A stretch of DNA of 63,241 bases, filler included, from Licmophora abbreviata (GCA_900291995.1; 9 parts of 9 records of this genome joined end to end with filler, not necessarily neighbours in it); one strand, 5' to 3'. Positions 44,073-56,450 are shown, counted from the first letter of the whole stretch. Made by a program: numbers and translations. Notes: a model not told the origin generated them from the letters alone.

Positions 44073-44663
44073 TTACAAAGAACTTACCGAGGCGTACTCT
44101 TCCTGTGTCTGCAGAACTTGCCCCACATTCACTTGTCCCGGAGTCCATGGCTTCGGTTCGCTCCACCAAGTGAAGTTCTCGACATATCTTCCGCTTCCCT
44201 GGAGCTGCAACGACAATCCAAGCGTGTTGTTTCGGAGTTCCTGAACGCCAATGTCCTGAGACGTCATGTTGGCAGCAGGGCCGGTCGTCGCCACAAAGGT
44301 TCCGTTGTAGCTGATAAACTGAACCACACTGCCTTGGTTGACGAGGGCAATTCCATCGCCGTTGTGTTTGCCGTTGCGGATACCTCCATGCGACTTGAGC
44401 GGCACCTCAATAAAGCCAAAGTCACCACTTATATTTCCTTCAAAATACTGTCCAGTCAGAGAGAATGCATTACGAAACTGAGCGCCATCACGACCTTGGT
44501 AGAGAATAAGTTCGTGACCGACCGCCTCTTCATGTGCCGGTCCTGCGATTTCGACAAACAAGTTGACATCTGTGTAGTGGTTGCGATAATGGAACTCATT
44601 GATGAACGCGTCTAGGGCTAGCGCGGACGCTAGCAAGGAGGTCGACAAAAGGAACCGAAACAT
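44073..44663 (-). CDS. Secreted lamin-tail-domain (LTD)-like protein resembling the N-terminal module of bacterial extracellular nucleases, 196 aa
   Basis: Signal peptide; FINEFHY, FVEIAGPA, DGIALV, VQFISYNGTF, GPAANMTSQDIGVQE, SLQLQG, WTPGQVN; intronless. Confidence 0.75.
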   Translation of the reverse strand: MFRFLLSTSLLASALALDAFINEFHYRNHYTDVNLFVEIAGPAHEEAVGHELILYQGRDGAQFRNAFSLTGQYFEGNISGDFGFIEVPLKSHGGIRNGKHNGDGIALVNQGSVVQFISYNGTFVATTGPAANMTSQDIGVQELRNNTLGLSLQLQGSGRYVENFTWWSEPKPWTPGQVNVGQVLQTQEEYASVSSL

Positions 44664-44989
44664 ATTTCTTGAACCTGCGAATATATGGGGCTGGGTCATC
44701 GTTGTTGTTTCGCTTCCAGAATATCGGGCAATTTGTGAGGGCTTTTAGCTCCGAAGGATTGGTGTGGTCATTGATGACTTTGCAAATGGCAAAGGTCATT
44801 TTCCACGTCGCATGTGACAACTGTGACGTAACTGTTTCTTCCCCCTGTCGCATTGTGACATTCTGGGGATCGGGGAGCATGTTCTCAGTTCAAGATGTTC
44901 GGCCTTTTTTCTTCACACACAAAAGGCGATACAGGAATCTCTGTTTTCATCATCCACACCAAGAGGTCAATTTAAGAGGCCATTACGCC

Positions 44990-45930
44990 ATGATAGCCAT
45001 GTCTCATCTCTCCCTCTGTCCTCCAGACACTGCGTTGCTACCTATGAAGTGCTCCGCAAAGTGCAAAAAGGCTTGTCCGGCGCCGCAGTCGCTCAAACTC
45101 GAAGACTCGAACACTAGGCCAAACGAACGCAGTTTCTCCGATGATCACCTGCTGGTCGCTTCGGATGTTGCTCATAGTTCGCGCACTCAAGAAAACATGC
45201 AGATTGTACAGTGTTCTCTCGTGCGTCGTCAGATGGTCAATATCATGTGAGTTGTGACTGGTCTCGTGTTCTGCGCCTGGATTGTGTCGTGATGTATTTG
45301 TTCTTTCGTCGGACAATTCATGGCATCTAGCCTCACCTTTTCCGCCCTTGACGGACTCGACTGCACAGCGAAGAGCGTCTCAACGGAGACGACCCTTCTT
45401 CCAAAGAATGCCTAGCGCAAGCCCTTGAGCGACATCTCTACAACCGGGCAGCGTCTTTTGAAGAATACTCCGACGTATACACACTAAACGCAAGACTGAA
45501 GCGGCTCACGCGGGCTCTAGTAAGGCGTCGTCGTCTGCGAGAACAAGATGCACGGTTGATTCAGCCACCCGAACCCACTTTGCAACAAATCATTGGAGAA
45601 GAAAAATATCAACTTGTCCAAGAGCTGATCGACGAAGTTCATCGTCTTCGATTGTCGCGATGTTCGTCCTGTTGCTCCACCAAGATGGGATCGTGTCCTA
45701 GAGACGTCCCCCCGGGCCTTCCGGCGCAGCAAGTTATGCCGCCTCCCATTCGAAACTTGTTTTTCCGAGCTGACCTTCTTAATGCTTTGTCGTCTACTCC
45801 GGCGGCGTGCCTCCCTTTTGTCGACTGGGATGCCAAACTCCAACAGACACAAGAGGTGATTCGAACCTACAAAGAGTGGCTCGAGGCGCAATCTCCCGAA
45901 TCGGCTCTTCAAAACTATTCCGAAGTGTAG
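44990..45930 (+). CDS. KIX-like domain protein; join(44990..45246,45369..45930); start uncertain
   Basis: A phase-2 intron GTGAGT...CACAG gives RRQMVNII...ALERHLYNRAASFEEYSDVYTLNARL. Confidence 0.7.
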
Positions 45931-46176
45931 CGTGTAGCGAGGATGTATTATTTTACTAATATGAGAGTGTTAGCACCACCATTAGGACTACGATGGACAT
46001 TAAAAACACCGATTGTAGGTTGTACTTGTCGCTGGCCGCAGGTTCGAGTCCCATGTGCCGTACTGCGTACGAGTACCTGGCACGAAAGAAGCTTGCGTTC
46101 TAGTCTAGAGATAGAGATGATACAGCATTCATTGCGGAAACTAAACGAGAGAGTCATGGACTACATGTTAAAACGT

Positions 46177-47727
46177 TTAGTCCAGTAAGCACTTGATGCA
46201 TCCCTTGAACTTGCTCAGAGTTAGTTGTCTTCGCTGCGAAGCACGCCTGCCGTCAGTTAGTGACAGCTCCTCTTCTTCCGATGTGGCAACGGACGACACG
46301 TCACATGGAGGAAGCCGCTCTTCTTCGGCCAGAAGCTCCAGATACCCCTTGATAGCAGAACTTCCCATACTCTGGCCTGTCTGCGACGCTTCTTCGTCCG
46401 GCGCCACCCATTCCGGAAACTCCTCTGCTGACTTCGGAGACTGTCTCCGAGATACCGGCACCACCATGGCATGTTTGTCTCCTTTTACGCGTGGAGAGTA
46501 CAGCGCATCAAAGTCAACTGTATTTCCGGAGCTACCCGAAACTGTACTTCGTCTCTTCCCAGCCTGAACTTTCTCACTAAATGACAAAGGGAATGAGGGT
46601 TGCCACACGACTGGCTCCGCTTTCGCCTCCGCGTGCCCATAGTTTTTGGAATGCCACTGCGATCGTGAATTCTTCTTGTGTTTCCGTACACGCGGGTTTT
46701 CGTGTTGAGATGCATACTGCGAATAGTAGCCGTCCCAGGAAGACGAATTGTCCTTTTGAGTTTGGTGCAGACGGAACTGACCTACGCCGGCAAACTCTGC
46801 GTCAATGTTTGCGGCAAACTCTTCCTGGGAGGTGACGGACGATTCGTCGAGGTACACGGAGGGTTCTTCAAAAGAAAGATTGTTGGCATCGAGCAAGCTG
46901 TTGGATTTTGAGTCGTCCTTGCCGTTGAGATCTTTGAGAATGTACCTGTTGTATTCGAATTCGTCAATGATCAAGGCGAGCTGGTCGATATATTGCATCA
47001 TCTGCACCAGCTGCTCTTGGCTGTTGTTGCGATGCTGAACAAGTCGTGGGCTATCTAAAAAATACTGCGGGTGCGTGGGCAAGACGGTCGACAAGAATTT
47101 GACCAATCGATTCCCGACCAAGTAGGACTCTGTGAGATCCTTGGTTTCGTCGACGCTGGTACGCAGGAACTGATCCATGACCTGCGTGTTGTGTTCGGGT
47201 CGGCGAGAAGCGTGACAGGGATGAGAACAGAGGCGAGTCAAGTCGAGTCAAGTCAAGTCAAGTCAGTCGATCCATCTTAGGTGGCACAGGTCGCAGGCAA
47301 CTAGGATCGAAACGCGTGCACCTCAAGAGCCCTAACGTTTGCTCGTTGGGTCACGTACCTTTCCGGCTACCTCGTAATACTTTTCGATGCGACAGCTCTC
47401 ACTGAGAACAAAGGTGTTTCCCCCTTCTTCTTCGTCCTTGACAAGGAGTCGCGCTCGATGCAGTTTGCCGTGCTTTCGCCATGCCTCCCCCGCTTTGTTC
47501 TCCATAGATATTGGGATGAAGTTCGCAGAAACGTCCGCAGGCGTCGACTCGAACGGGCGATTCCGGTTGTAAGGACGCGTCGACGACTGATACATCGATG
47601 CTTGTTTGACACCGCCGCCGTTGTCTTTGTATGCCGACCAGTCTTCCGACGACAGTTTCTCTAAAAAAGCCCCTTGCGTGGATACTTCAGACGACCAAGT
47701 CACTCCCCGCGAAGAGTACCGGGTCAT
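46177..47727 (-). CDS. Protein with a USP8-dimerisation/AMSH MIT-like domain and no catalytic domain; exons 47727-47359 and 47181-46177
   Basis: Spliced IEKYYEVAGK|VMDQF...SYLVGNRLVKFLSTVLPTHPQY. Confidence 0.7.
47236..47270 (+). repeat. Intronic (AGTCA)n pentanucleotide microsatellite
   Basis: agtca agtcg agtca agtca agtca agtca gtcga. Confidence 0.85.
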
Positions 47728-48288
47728 ATTGTATCTTTTCCAATCGAACAAAGTCCCGTGTCCTTTCGGTTTCGAATCCCGACAATGCAAACGAGGCTAG
47801 ATTGGACGCCAGCGGCGGGCGCTTCGTCAATGAATGCCTGCTGTTCTTCGTTGTGGCAGGCGGCAAACTGAAGATGGCGCAGACACCCACGGGCGCTTCA
47901 AAGCTCATCATCATCTTGGCACGCAAATGTGGAAGATACCGGTTTGAAGTTTTATCTGAATCCTCGTGTAGCATTACACGTTGAATGCTCAAGTTTTGGC
48001 GGGAAAGTCGATCGGTTCAACGGCAATGGGTGGATGCCATCTCACTTATGCTTAAATCCAGTATAAGTATATTCAGTACTGAAGTACAGTAAATTTGACA
48101 CAGAGTTCGCATAGAAATATCTTTTAGTCGAGCTAGTCGATCAATGCCATATTGACGATNNNNNNNNNNNNNNNNNNNNNNNNNNNNNNNNNNNNNNNNN
48201 NNNTTAATTAATTAANNNNNNNNNNNNNNNNNNNNNNNNNNNNNNNNNNNNNNNNNNNNCATCAATTCGCATCACCCCGCACCACGCC

Positions 48289-49258
48289 ATGGCTTCGTTA
48301 ACTCGCTTGAACTACGCTAACGTGATCGCCTACGTTTCCAACGTGGTCGTCACTTACGGCCTAGGAACCCTGGGCTGGCTTGGAACGGGCACAAACTCGG
48401 AAATCAGCGAGAGGTACCAAACTCTCGTCACTCCCGCGGGATACGCCTTTGCAATCTGGGGCGTCATCTTTATTTCTCAGTTCGTATGGGTAGTTCTTCA
48501 GCTTCTCAATACATTCTCTGCTGCTCCCTTAGTCAAGGTCGGCGTCCAATTTCGATACGTCTGGGTATGCGTAGCTCAGATGGTCTGGACCGTGCTCTTT
48601 GGATTCGAGTACATCATCGCTTCCTTGGTCGCCATGCTGGCCATTCTTTACTTTCTCTTTCGAATTGTCTCCACTCAGTACCAGGTCGACAGCACTGTTA
48701 GTTTCAAGGACTTCTTCCTACTGAAATTTCCATTCGAGATTCATCTGGGATGGATTTTTGCGGCAACGTTTGTCAATCTCAATGTTGTCTTGGTTGATCT
48801 CGGGTGCAATGCTTTCATCCAGTATATATCGGCCTTTGTGTCGATTCTTGGCGTTCTAGTGGCGGCGGTGTTCATGGGATTCGCCTACAATAACATTGTG
48901 GCTCCACTTGTCTTAGCCTGGGCTTCGGTGAGTTTGAGAGACGATTGAGACCGTGCGAGCATGTGTACCTTCAGGGTGCCGTAGCTAAAGCTTATTCGTG
49001 TTTGACTCAATCCTTTCTTTATAGTTGGGAATCTACTTTGAGCTCGACAGTCCCAAGCAGCTTATCAGTGCAACGTTCGATGCCGCGAGAGTCACCCACG
49101 TGCAGTATGCTGCGCTGGCTGCTTGTGCTATTGCGCTGATTGTGGCAGTCGTGGTTGGCATCAAGATGTTCCGCGATATCAACCTTGGTACAGGCAGTCG
49201 GTCTGGCGACGGGCTGAACAGAGGTGATGAAGCCGCATACCATCGCGCCGATGACTAG
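48289..49258 (+). CDS. Multi-pass membrane protein of the TspO/tryptophan-rich-sensory-like family; join(48289..48927,49025..49258), 290 aa
   Basis: ISERYQTLVTPAGYAFAIWGVIF, PFEIHLGWIFAATFVN; about 8 TM helices. Confidence 0.8.
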
Positions 49259-50002
49259 TTATCAGTTCGCCATTGCAAAGTCTCATCTAGAGGTGTATGG
49301 GTAACTTCTAAAAAAACTAGTATGTAGGTCAGGAGGCCACAGAGAGACTCGGCTTTCGATAGAATTGCGGACTAGCTAGATTGCAAACGGAAGTGGGAAA
49401 GTGCCCGCTTGCCCTACCGGTAATAGAGACCCTTCGGCTTTGAAAGACCCGCTGATTAGCAAGCTCAAAATTCATCTGATGAAGGTCGTATCCCCTCCTC
49501 ATTGAATCGGTAGCTGCCTGTAGACTCGGTCACTGGTCTCCTTGGTCACAACATGGCGAGACCATGCTTCGAAGTTTGATGAAACTAGTGCCTCGGAATG
49601 AAAAGGTAGTACATACAAACTGGAAGGTTGCATCCGCGAGCTGTGTGCAGCTTTAACGGGTGTACTTTGTTGACAATCGCATCAAACAGCTATCCAGCTC
49701 CCAAGCTTACAGCCTTTCCCGTTGACTCACTCGCCAAGTCACACAATGCGTTGGGATTTCCCGACTAGTCCGCCTGAAGTATGCAGCCCCAGAAGCGACC
49801 ACGCAAGAGCAGGGTACAGTCGCGGTTCTTCGTCTCCGTCGCATTCGTAGGAATAGGCGCGGCAAAATTCTATCCAAGGTTTAAGACCGATAAGGTCTGG
49901 GGAACCCTGAACGTAACGTTCATATTGAATCTGAACGTCGTCGAATGAGCATCGCTCACGTGCGTCGTACGCGATGTAGGACGCATCGCCAACGGAGTAC
50001 AT

Positions 50003-51946
50003 CTACTTGCCTTCTTTCCATTGTCTCGCTATCCACTCTGAGTGGTTCAACTCACACTTTCCTCCAAGTTCCGTCGGGACAACATTCTCGCACAATCCAT
50101 AGGCAAGGAGAACCTCAAACAGCTGGGTATCATCGACATCGTGCACAAGAGTACGGTATCGCGTTTCGCGATTGGCGAAGGCGAGCCAAATAGGCATTAC
50201 ATATCGACGTATTTTGACTGGTAGTTGACAGAGATGATGAGAGCACAACGACACGGGCAGGATATTCAACACATAGTGCTCCACCTTGCGATCAAAGCCC
50301 ATATCGAACTGTTGCAACGACGTTCCCTTCCCCGTGGAAAGGCAAACAACCCCCATCCGTACATTCGAGTGTTTCGACATAGCCTCATAAACATACCAGA
50401 TTGCACGAAGCTGTGAAAAGGACATCAATATAGCACCTTGAGAACGAGATGAAATGACTTCACAGTCCTTAATCAGGGCTTGAGAAGAAAGACTTACTGC
50501 GCTCTCCGTACTGTATCCGTTCCCAGTGTGATTCGCCATGTGTGTCCACATCAACGGCCTCCCCGATTTATCTGCACCAGGTATTATCTGAACGATGCCA
50601 GCTTCTATCGCCACAAGATCATCACAGAGCGCCCCCCTCAATGTCATGGGCAAGCAAAACTTGTCGGGACCAAACAACTCGCGACGTTCCTTCCAATACG
50701 CATTGAAGCGCCGTGCGGCTTTCTGCGGTTCCGTCGAAGGACCGAGAAGCGAATGCATGTGAGAAAGTAGGACGAGCTGCCGATTACGTACAAGAGGAAT
50801 ACGCACCTTCGCATCCATCTTCTCCGCTCGCAGAAACAACTCCAGTCTATCATTGCCAAACTCATAAGGGGGCACTTTTTTCAGGGCCTCTATCAACGCC
50901 AGTTTTTCTTTCCTCGGGATTTTATCGACCTCTCGTCTCGTCTGGGCTATTAAAGTTTCCACGGAGTCAACATCCGGGCGCCTCGGTCGCTTGTCCGTCC
51001 GAAGAATCTGACACTGAAGCCCGAACATGTCCGCCAGAATCTCATTCTTTTCAACCTCAGTCATGTCTTCTGCTTTGCACTGCTCTTCACCGCCTGCGTC
51101 ATCTTGTGGCGTCTTCGTCCCTGCCACTAGAGCAAGCAGCTGCTCCGCCGCCTCTGTCTCCTTGCTTTGCTGGGTGTCGACACTACTCTCTGTCCGCACC
51201 GGTGGACACGCGGCAACGCTTGAGTCAAAAGGAAGTCCAAAGTGAGCATCATTACTCTCCTGTCGCGAACGTTTCTCGCCAATACTGAAATCATGGGGGG
51301 CGATGGTGTGATGGGCGGACGCAAACGACGACTCTTGCGGCAACCCACAGTGTAGAGATTCAGACCAGCTTGTAGGAGGGTTCATGGCCATGGCCGGATA
51401 CATCAAAGGAGCAGGTCGAGTTAAGAATCCAATCTCAAAAAGAAATCCGTGGTAGAGAGGAGAAGGCTGCTGCAAAATGGGCGGTCGGATCGATGGGAAC
51501 GTAGCACGGTAGGCAAAACTTGCAAATTCTGGCCCGCTGAAGAGACTAGCGCATGCAGCATGGCGTGCATCAGCATTAGCGGCGCCCCCTTCCACGTTTC
51601 CCGTTGCTTGTCGCGCATCCCGAAGACACTGTTTTGTCTTTTTCAGAACCGTCCCGGTTTCCACTTCTATCCAGGCGACGTCGGTGAGATTGTACTTTTC
51701 CTTTTCTACAGTGTTGAGCTCGCGAACGAACCTCCCGTCCTGTCCACTAATGATGGTCATAACTCGATAGGCGATAATGTTCTTCTCCTCCCAGCCATCT
51801 GTCGAAGTATATTGTGAAGCATGTTCCCGGACGACTTCACGGAAGTACTTGCTACCACTCCACTCTCGGGCACGAGCGCCTCTACCCAGTACCACGTCGT
51901 GGTCGCCGATTTCGGTTATAATGACTAGCTGCTCTTCTCCGGACAT
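50003..51946 (-). CDS. DUF6824 + CRAL-TRIO/SEC14-like protein, copy A; in-frame introns 50723-50806 and 50411-50497
   Basis: DVVLGRG...FREVV...EKNIIA...GRFV; FLRAE, YWKERRELFG, DKSGRP, VPTELGG. Confidence 0.8.
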   Translation of the reverse strand: MSGEEQLVIITEIGDHDVVLGRGARAREWSGSKYFREVVREHASQYTSTDGWEEKNIIAYRVMTIISGQDGRFVRELNTVEKEKYNLTDVAWIEVETGTVLKKTKQCLRDARQATGNVEGGAANADARHAACASLFSGPEFASFAYRATFPSIRPPILQQPSPLYHGFLFEIGFLTRPAPLMYPAMAMNPPTSWSESLHCGLPQESSFASAHHTIAPHDFSIGEKRSRQESNDAHFGLPFDSSVAACPPVRTESSVDTQQSKETEAAEQLLALVAGTKTPQDDAGGEEQCKAEDMTEVEKNEILADMFGLQCQILRTDKRPRRPDVDSVETLIAQTRREVDKIPRKEKLALIEALKKVPPYEFGNDRLELFLRAEKMDAKVRIPLVRNRQLVLLSHMHSLLGPSTEPQKAARRFNAYWKERRELFGPDKFCLPMTLRGALCDDLVAIEAGIVQIIPGADKSGRPLMWTHMANHTGNGYSTESAVSLSSQALIKDCEVISSRSQGAILMSFSQLRAIWYVYEAMSKHSNVRMGVVCLSTGKGTSLQQFDMGFDRKVEHYVLNILPVSLCSHHLCQLPVKIRRYVMPIWLAFANRETRYRTLVHDVDDTQLFEVLLAYGLCENVVPTELGGKCELNHSEWIARQWKEGK

Positions 51947-52335
51947 CTCAGGATCAACAACTAGAGAAACTCTCTTCAATGCAAGGCACCAGGACCTGCG
52001 ATACTAGCTTTCAACGACAGGCTTGCACAGTCTAGAGGCCTTCGAATACCGCCAGTGCCGTTTCTAGACTCGAACGATGTGCGCTGTGCAGGATTGAGGA
52101 TTCGATTCCCTCATCTTCAATTTGGAATCTGAAATCGTGGTTCTCTGCGCGGCTGCACGCGCGGCATTGAGAGTACGACGGCGCCGATCGTGATAGGTCT
52201 AGTATGTAATAGGTACCAGGTAGGCATAGACTATAGGTCCAACAATCATTGCACTCGTCATAACATTAAAGCTACGATGCCCGTGAGATGAGAGCAACCC
52301 ACCTTCAGAGCCTGGGAACAAAGAAAGTACTCCAA

Positions 52336-54415
52336 TTATTTTCCCGCAAGACGTCGCTTTGCCAACCACGCAGAGTGATTCCAAGTAAGCTGGCCCCCAA
52401 CCTCGACAGGGACAACATCATCTGAGATACCATAGCGAGCAAGGTCCTCAATCAGCTTTTCTTCTGGCACGCTGTGTACGATTATTCTTGCGCGAGAGCG
52501 GCGGTCAGTCATCGCCACTGTGGAGACGAGAAAGGATTTAAAGCGGAGTCAGAGGTGAAAAGAAAACTTCGACCCCTCGCCTGAACGAGCATTCCTACTT
52601 ACGCCATAGTGGCATCACATATCGGGCAACGAGAGAAGGGAGGTGGCATATGTGAAAGGAACGTATGTTAGCTGGCCATGCGTGATCCCCTAGGCTCACA
52701 ATCTTATTGTCTAGGTCGGGATCGTTATCCCACAGAGACATGCCTTTTGCAGAGAAAAGATTCACAAGGCCCTGCTTGGCGTCTTCACGCTCCAATGCGG
52801 CCTCGTACATGTACCATATGGCACGTGCCTGTCATAAACAATTTACAAAAAGAAAAGGTACGTCAGACGAATCGTACACCAAAGTCGTCCAATAGACCCG
52901 GCCACTTACGGCACTCATGGTATCGTATCCTCGCTTTGATTTGCCGTGGTTCATCAGCGGCTGTACCCACATGATCTGTCGCCCCGATGCGTCCACATCA
53001 GGAAGTAGCTGGAACAGGCCAGCTTCCAATGCCACGGCGTCATCACGAAACGCCCCATCCAATGTCATCGGCAAACAAAATTTGTCTGGTCCAAACAACT
53101 TTCGTCGCTCCTCCCAGTACACGACAAACCGACGAGCTGCTTTCTATCGGCGATCAATTGTTTCCAAAAGTAGCAGTAAAGTGTCAGATAAGCGCACGTT
53201 GCAGACGACAATCATTCCGGGTTGCACCATGGCCATCGCCCGTCTCAACCTCGTATCACGCTTCAATGACGTTCTTGAGCTTACCGTCGCGTTGCCGTCT
53301 TCGCGATTGAGAAAGAGCTCGAGTCTATCGTTCGAGAATTCGCGAACTTGCGCCTTTGCAATTGCCTCTAGTAGCGCCCGCTTCTTCTCGGCAGGCGACA
53401 CATCAATCTCACGCCTCATCTCTTCTAGCAGCGTCTCGACTGGAGTCGGGCCTGGTCTCTTCAATCGCTTTCCTTGCTGATCAACCTGGCAGAGGTTACC
53501 AAACATGTCAGCAAGTGCAGCTTGTTTTTCTTCTTCTGTCAGCTCTTCCTTCTCGCGAAGTTCATCTTCTGCCGTGAACCGCGGTGCATCCGCAGTTGTC
53601 AACAAGGCGAGTAACTGTTTCGCTGCTTCTTCGTCTGCGAACGACGCGGCGCTCGCCGCGCTATCGGACAGATTCGACCCAACCGTCTCGATGATTTCCT
53701 CCTCACTGTAGCGATTCGTACGTTCCACTTGATCAAGTGTCCGCTTATCACGACCTTCGATTGTGTTCTGTGAATCGATGTCGACAGCCGAAGCTAGTGA
53801 GTCAGTGTTGGGAGGCGCAACAGCGTTACCGGTACTGGAGTCCAACCATCCAAGAGTGAATGCGTTTTGAACAGCTCCACCGGCCCTTCCAGCAAGCTGT
53901 CCCAACTCATGAAGTATGCCTGCATTGGAATGGTGTACAGGGGGAGGAGGCCTGGAGGACAGAAATACGGGAGTAAATGCGGGTGCTGCATTAGGAACAC
54001 CTGGGACATTAGACGGCGTACTCGTAGCGGTCACAGAGGCCTCATCGACAAGGGTTAGAGCACCACCCGATTTCTCTTTGATTTGTCGAGCGTAGTCTCG
54101 CAAGGTCTGCTTTGTCTTTTTCAGGGCTGTGTTACAGTCGACTTCAGTATAAACTGCGTCCGCTCCGCTCTTGTTGGAGGCATCTGGCTTGAAAGACAGC
54201 ACGAAGCGTCCTGGTGGATCCTTGGCACTGACGGCGTTGATGATTCGATAAGCAATGATATTCTTCTCTTCCCAAGCCGAGGTCGAGAAATACGCAGGCA
54301 CATGCGAGCGAACAGACTCGTGAAACTGTTTGGTGCCGATGTACTCTCTCGCGCGAAACCCTTTTCCCAGAATCACGTCGTTTGGATTGAGCTCGGTGAT
54401 GACTGGCCGATCCAT
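52336..54415 (-). CDS. DUF6824 + CRAL-TRIO/SEC14-like protein, copy B; introns 53144-53284, 52829-52909, 52518-52602
   Basis: DVILGKG...EKNIIAYR...GRFV; YWEERRKLFGPDKFCLPMTL, DASGRQ, VPVEVGG. Confidence 0.8.
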
Positions 54416-55035
54416 CTTTTCCTCGGCGACGGCCACTATACTTCTGAGATCTCCAGGTATAGTATAGACGCTCTAGCGATTGCCGAGCACCAAAAAAGGA
54501 GGGGAAGTGAAGGCAGCTCAGGCCTCGTTCGTCCATCTGCACATCATCAGCATACTGGTATCGTGAGTCGAGTCATATGGGACATGGACCATGTCGCCAC
54601 TTTCATATCTTTCAGCTGGCAGCTCAATTTTCCTCCTGCGACACCTGTCACAGGACGTCGCTGCGACAAATATACTTATGTCATTCAATTTCACGGAATG
54701 GTCTTAGTTTCTGGGTCGTGACAAGAGCGACTGACGTTGAAGTCTTGATTCGATTCATTCNNNNNNNNNNNNNNNNNNNNNNNNNNNNNNNNNNNNNNNN
54801 NNNNTTAATTAATTAANNNNNNNNNNNNNNNNNNNNNNNNNNNNNNNNNNNNNNNNNNNNGATTCGATTCGATGTTCAATGTTGTTCTGAATCCGAACAA
54901 AAGTGAGCCAGCGTGAGCGTGTGTGTGGTCCTTCTTGGTCACACTTTTTCAAGACAACTCACAAGACACCACAGATTACAACGAATGCCATAGAACGACT
55001 CGAAAGCTGTCCAAACATCCTTGAAACACTCTCCT

Positions 55036-55749
55036 ATGAACACCATGTGCCTCGCCAATGATCGAAATTCTCCAGACTCCCGGGTTTCGCCCTCGCTTGA
55101 GAAGAAAGAGCGGCCTTCGACGCTTCTGGAACAATCCGATCCCGTTCTTTCACAAGAACAACCACGTCGTCGAAAACCTGCCCGCCGCGTTTCCTTCCAG
55201 GCTGAGGAAGTCGTCAAACAGGTCGACTCGGCTTCCTGCATGACTGAAGAACAACGAAACGACCTTTGGTATCCCGCCGCGGAACTGGCCGAGTTCAAGA
55301 ATCGAGCAAGAGAGGCCTGCCGGAAGATGCGACATGATTGTGACGAACACATGTCACAAGCGAAACAAGCAGTCGAGAAGGAAGCGGAAGTCGACGAGGA
55401 AGACTCCACGCGAGGGCTGGAACACAGGATATCATTGGAGCGCCAAAAGAACAAGTTTCTCTCCATCCAGGTCGTACTAAAGGGACAAGAACGATTTCCC
55501 GATGACCCCGACCAGCTTGCCAGAATCGCCTCTCGGTGCACCGCGTGGGCCAAAGATGTGGCTCTACAGAACGCACGCCGTGACTTTGCTGTTGTCTACG
55601 ATCCCGCCTCTGCACACAAGGTTCCGACGAGTCCCTCTGTGTCCTTCCCGACATTACCGCTCAAGCGTCGCGATTCTCATCTCGATCAACGAGTAGCTTC
55701 TCCGCTGGCGAAGCGACCACATCTCATTCCGCACGAGATGCGCCAATAG
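55036..55749 (+). CDS. Conserved diatom-type hypothetical protein
   Basis: The pattern RRVSF...LWY...EL..FK...RGLE...VL..Q...LA is typical of a large diatom-expanded family. Confidence 0.75.
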   Translation: MNTMCLANDRNSPDSRVSPSLEKKERPSTLLEQSDPVLSQEQPRRRKPARRVSFQAEEVVKQVDSASCMTEEQRNDLWYPAAELAEFKNRAREACRKMRHDCDEHMSQAKQAVEKEAEVDEEDSTRGLEHRISLERQKNKFLSIQVVLKGQERFPDDPDQLARIASRCTAWAKDVALQNARRDFAVVYDPASAHKVPTSPSVSFPTLPLKRRDSHLDQRVASPLAKRPHLIPHEMRQ

Positions 55750-56450
55750 AGCTAAGTTCTGCGAGTTGCAGACAAAAGAAGCAATTTAACTCGCATTCCT
55801 CAATTCAATTGACTGTACAGACGAGGGGCTAGCACGATAGACAATGGTTTGATAAACAGCGAAGCAATAGACCTAAATATGCTTGACATTCTTACATATT
55901 ATTATTATTAATATTTCGAATCAGTACGACGCATTGCTCGAGCTGCGATGGACCACACGGCTTTACCAACCATTGTGGCTCGTCCCTTCGATGTCTTTCG
56001 TCCGACATCGTCGCAATCGAAGCTCAACGAATTCGGCAAGCATGTTTCGCCATCGGCGGGATCGGCTTAGTCCCAGGTGTCAGCAGCGACGACTCAAACG
56101 AGACTCGCGTCGGAGTCGATTCGTGCATCAGGGCCGACTTTACGGAGAATGGAGCGCAATAGAAACAAGTTGGAACATCTGTCGCCAAGTCACGACTGGG
56201 CCGGAGAAGTCCGTAGAAGGAGTGCTGCACCGAGCTTGCGACGCCCGGCGACAGTGGAAGGAGTCGAGTCGCTTCCTCCATCTACGGCGTCGTATGAAGA
56301 GCTAGAAGAGAAGATAACGCAGAGAAGCTCGATTAGAAGATGTACAATAATTCATCTTTTGAATGCGTCCGATAGCAAAACGGCCGATCGCAGCTTGCTA
56401 GCGGACCTAACCACTGTAGCTATCCTTGTTAGAGCACCGACCTCACCATT

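Noticed and set aside
49739..50002. 87-aa ORF starting in frame right after the stop of DUF6824 copy A (possible readthrough)
   Set aside because: The paralogue ends at the equivalent GK* with no similar extension, and the peptide has no recognisable features.
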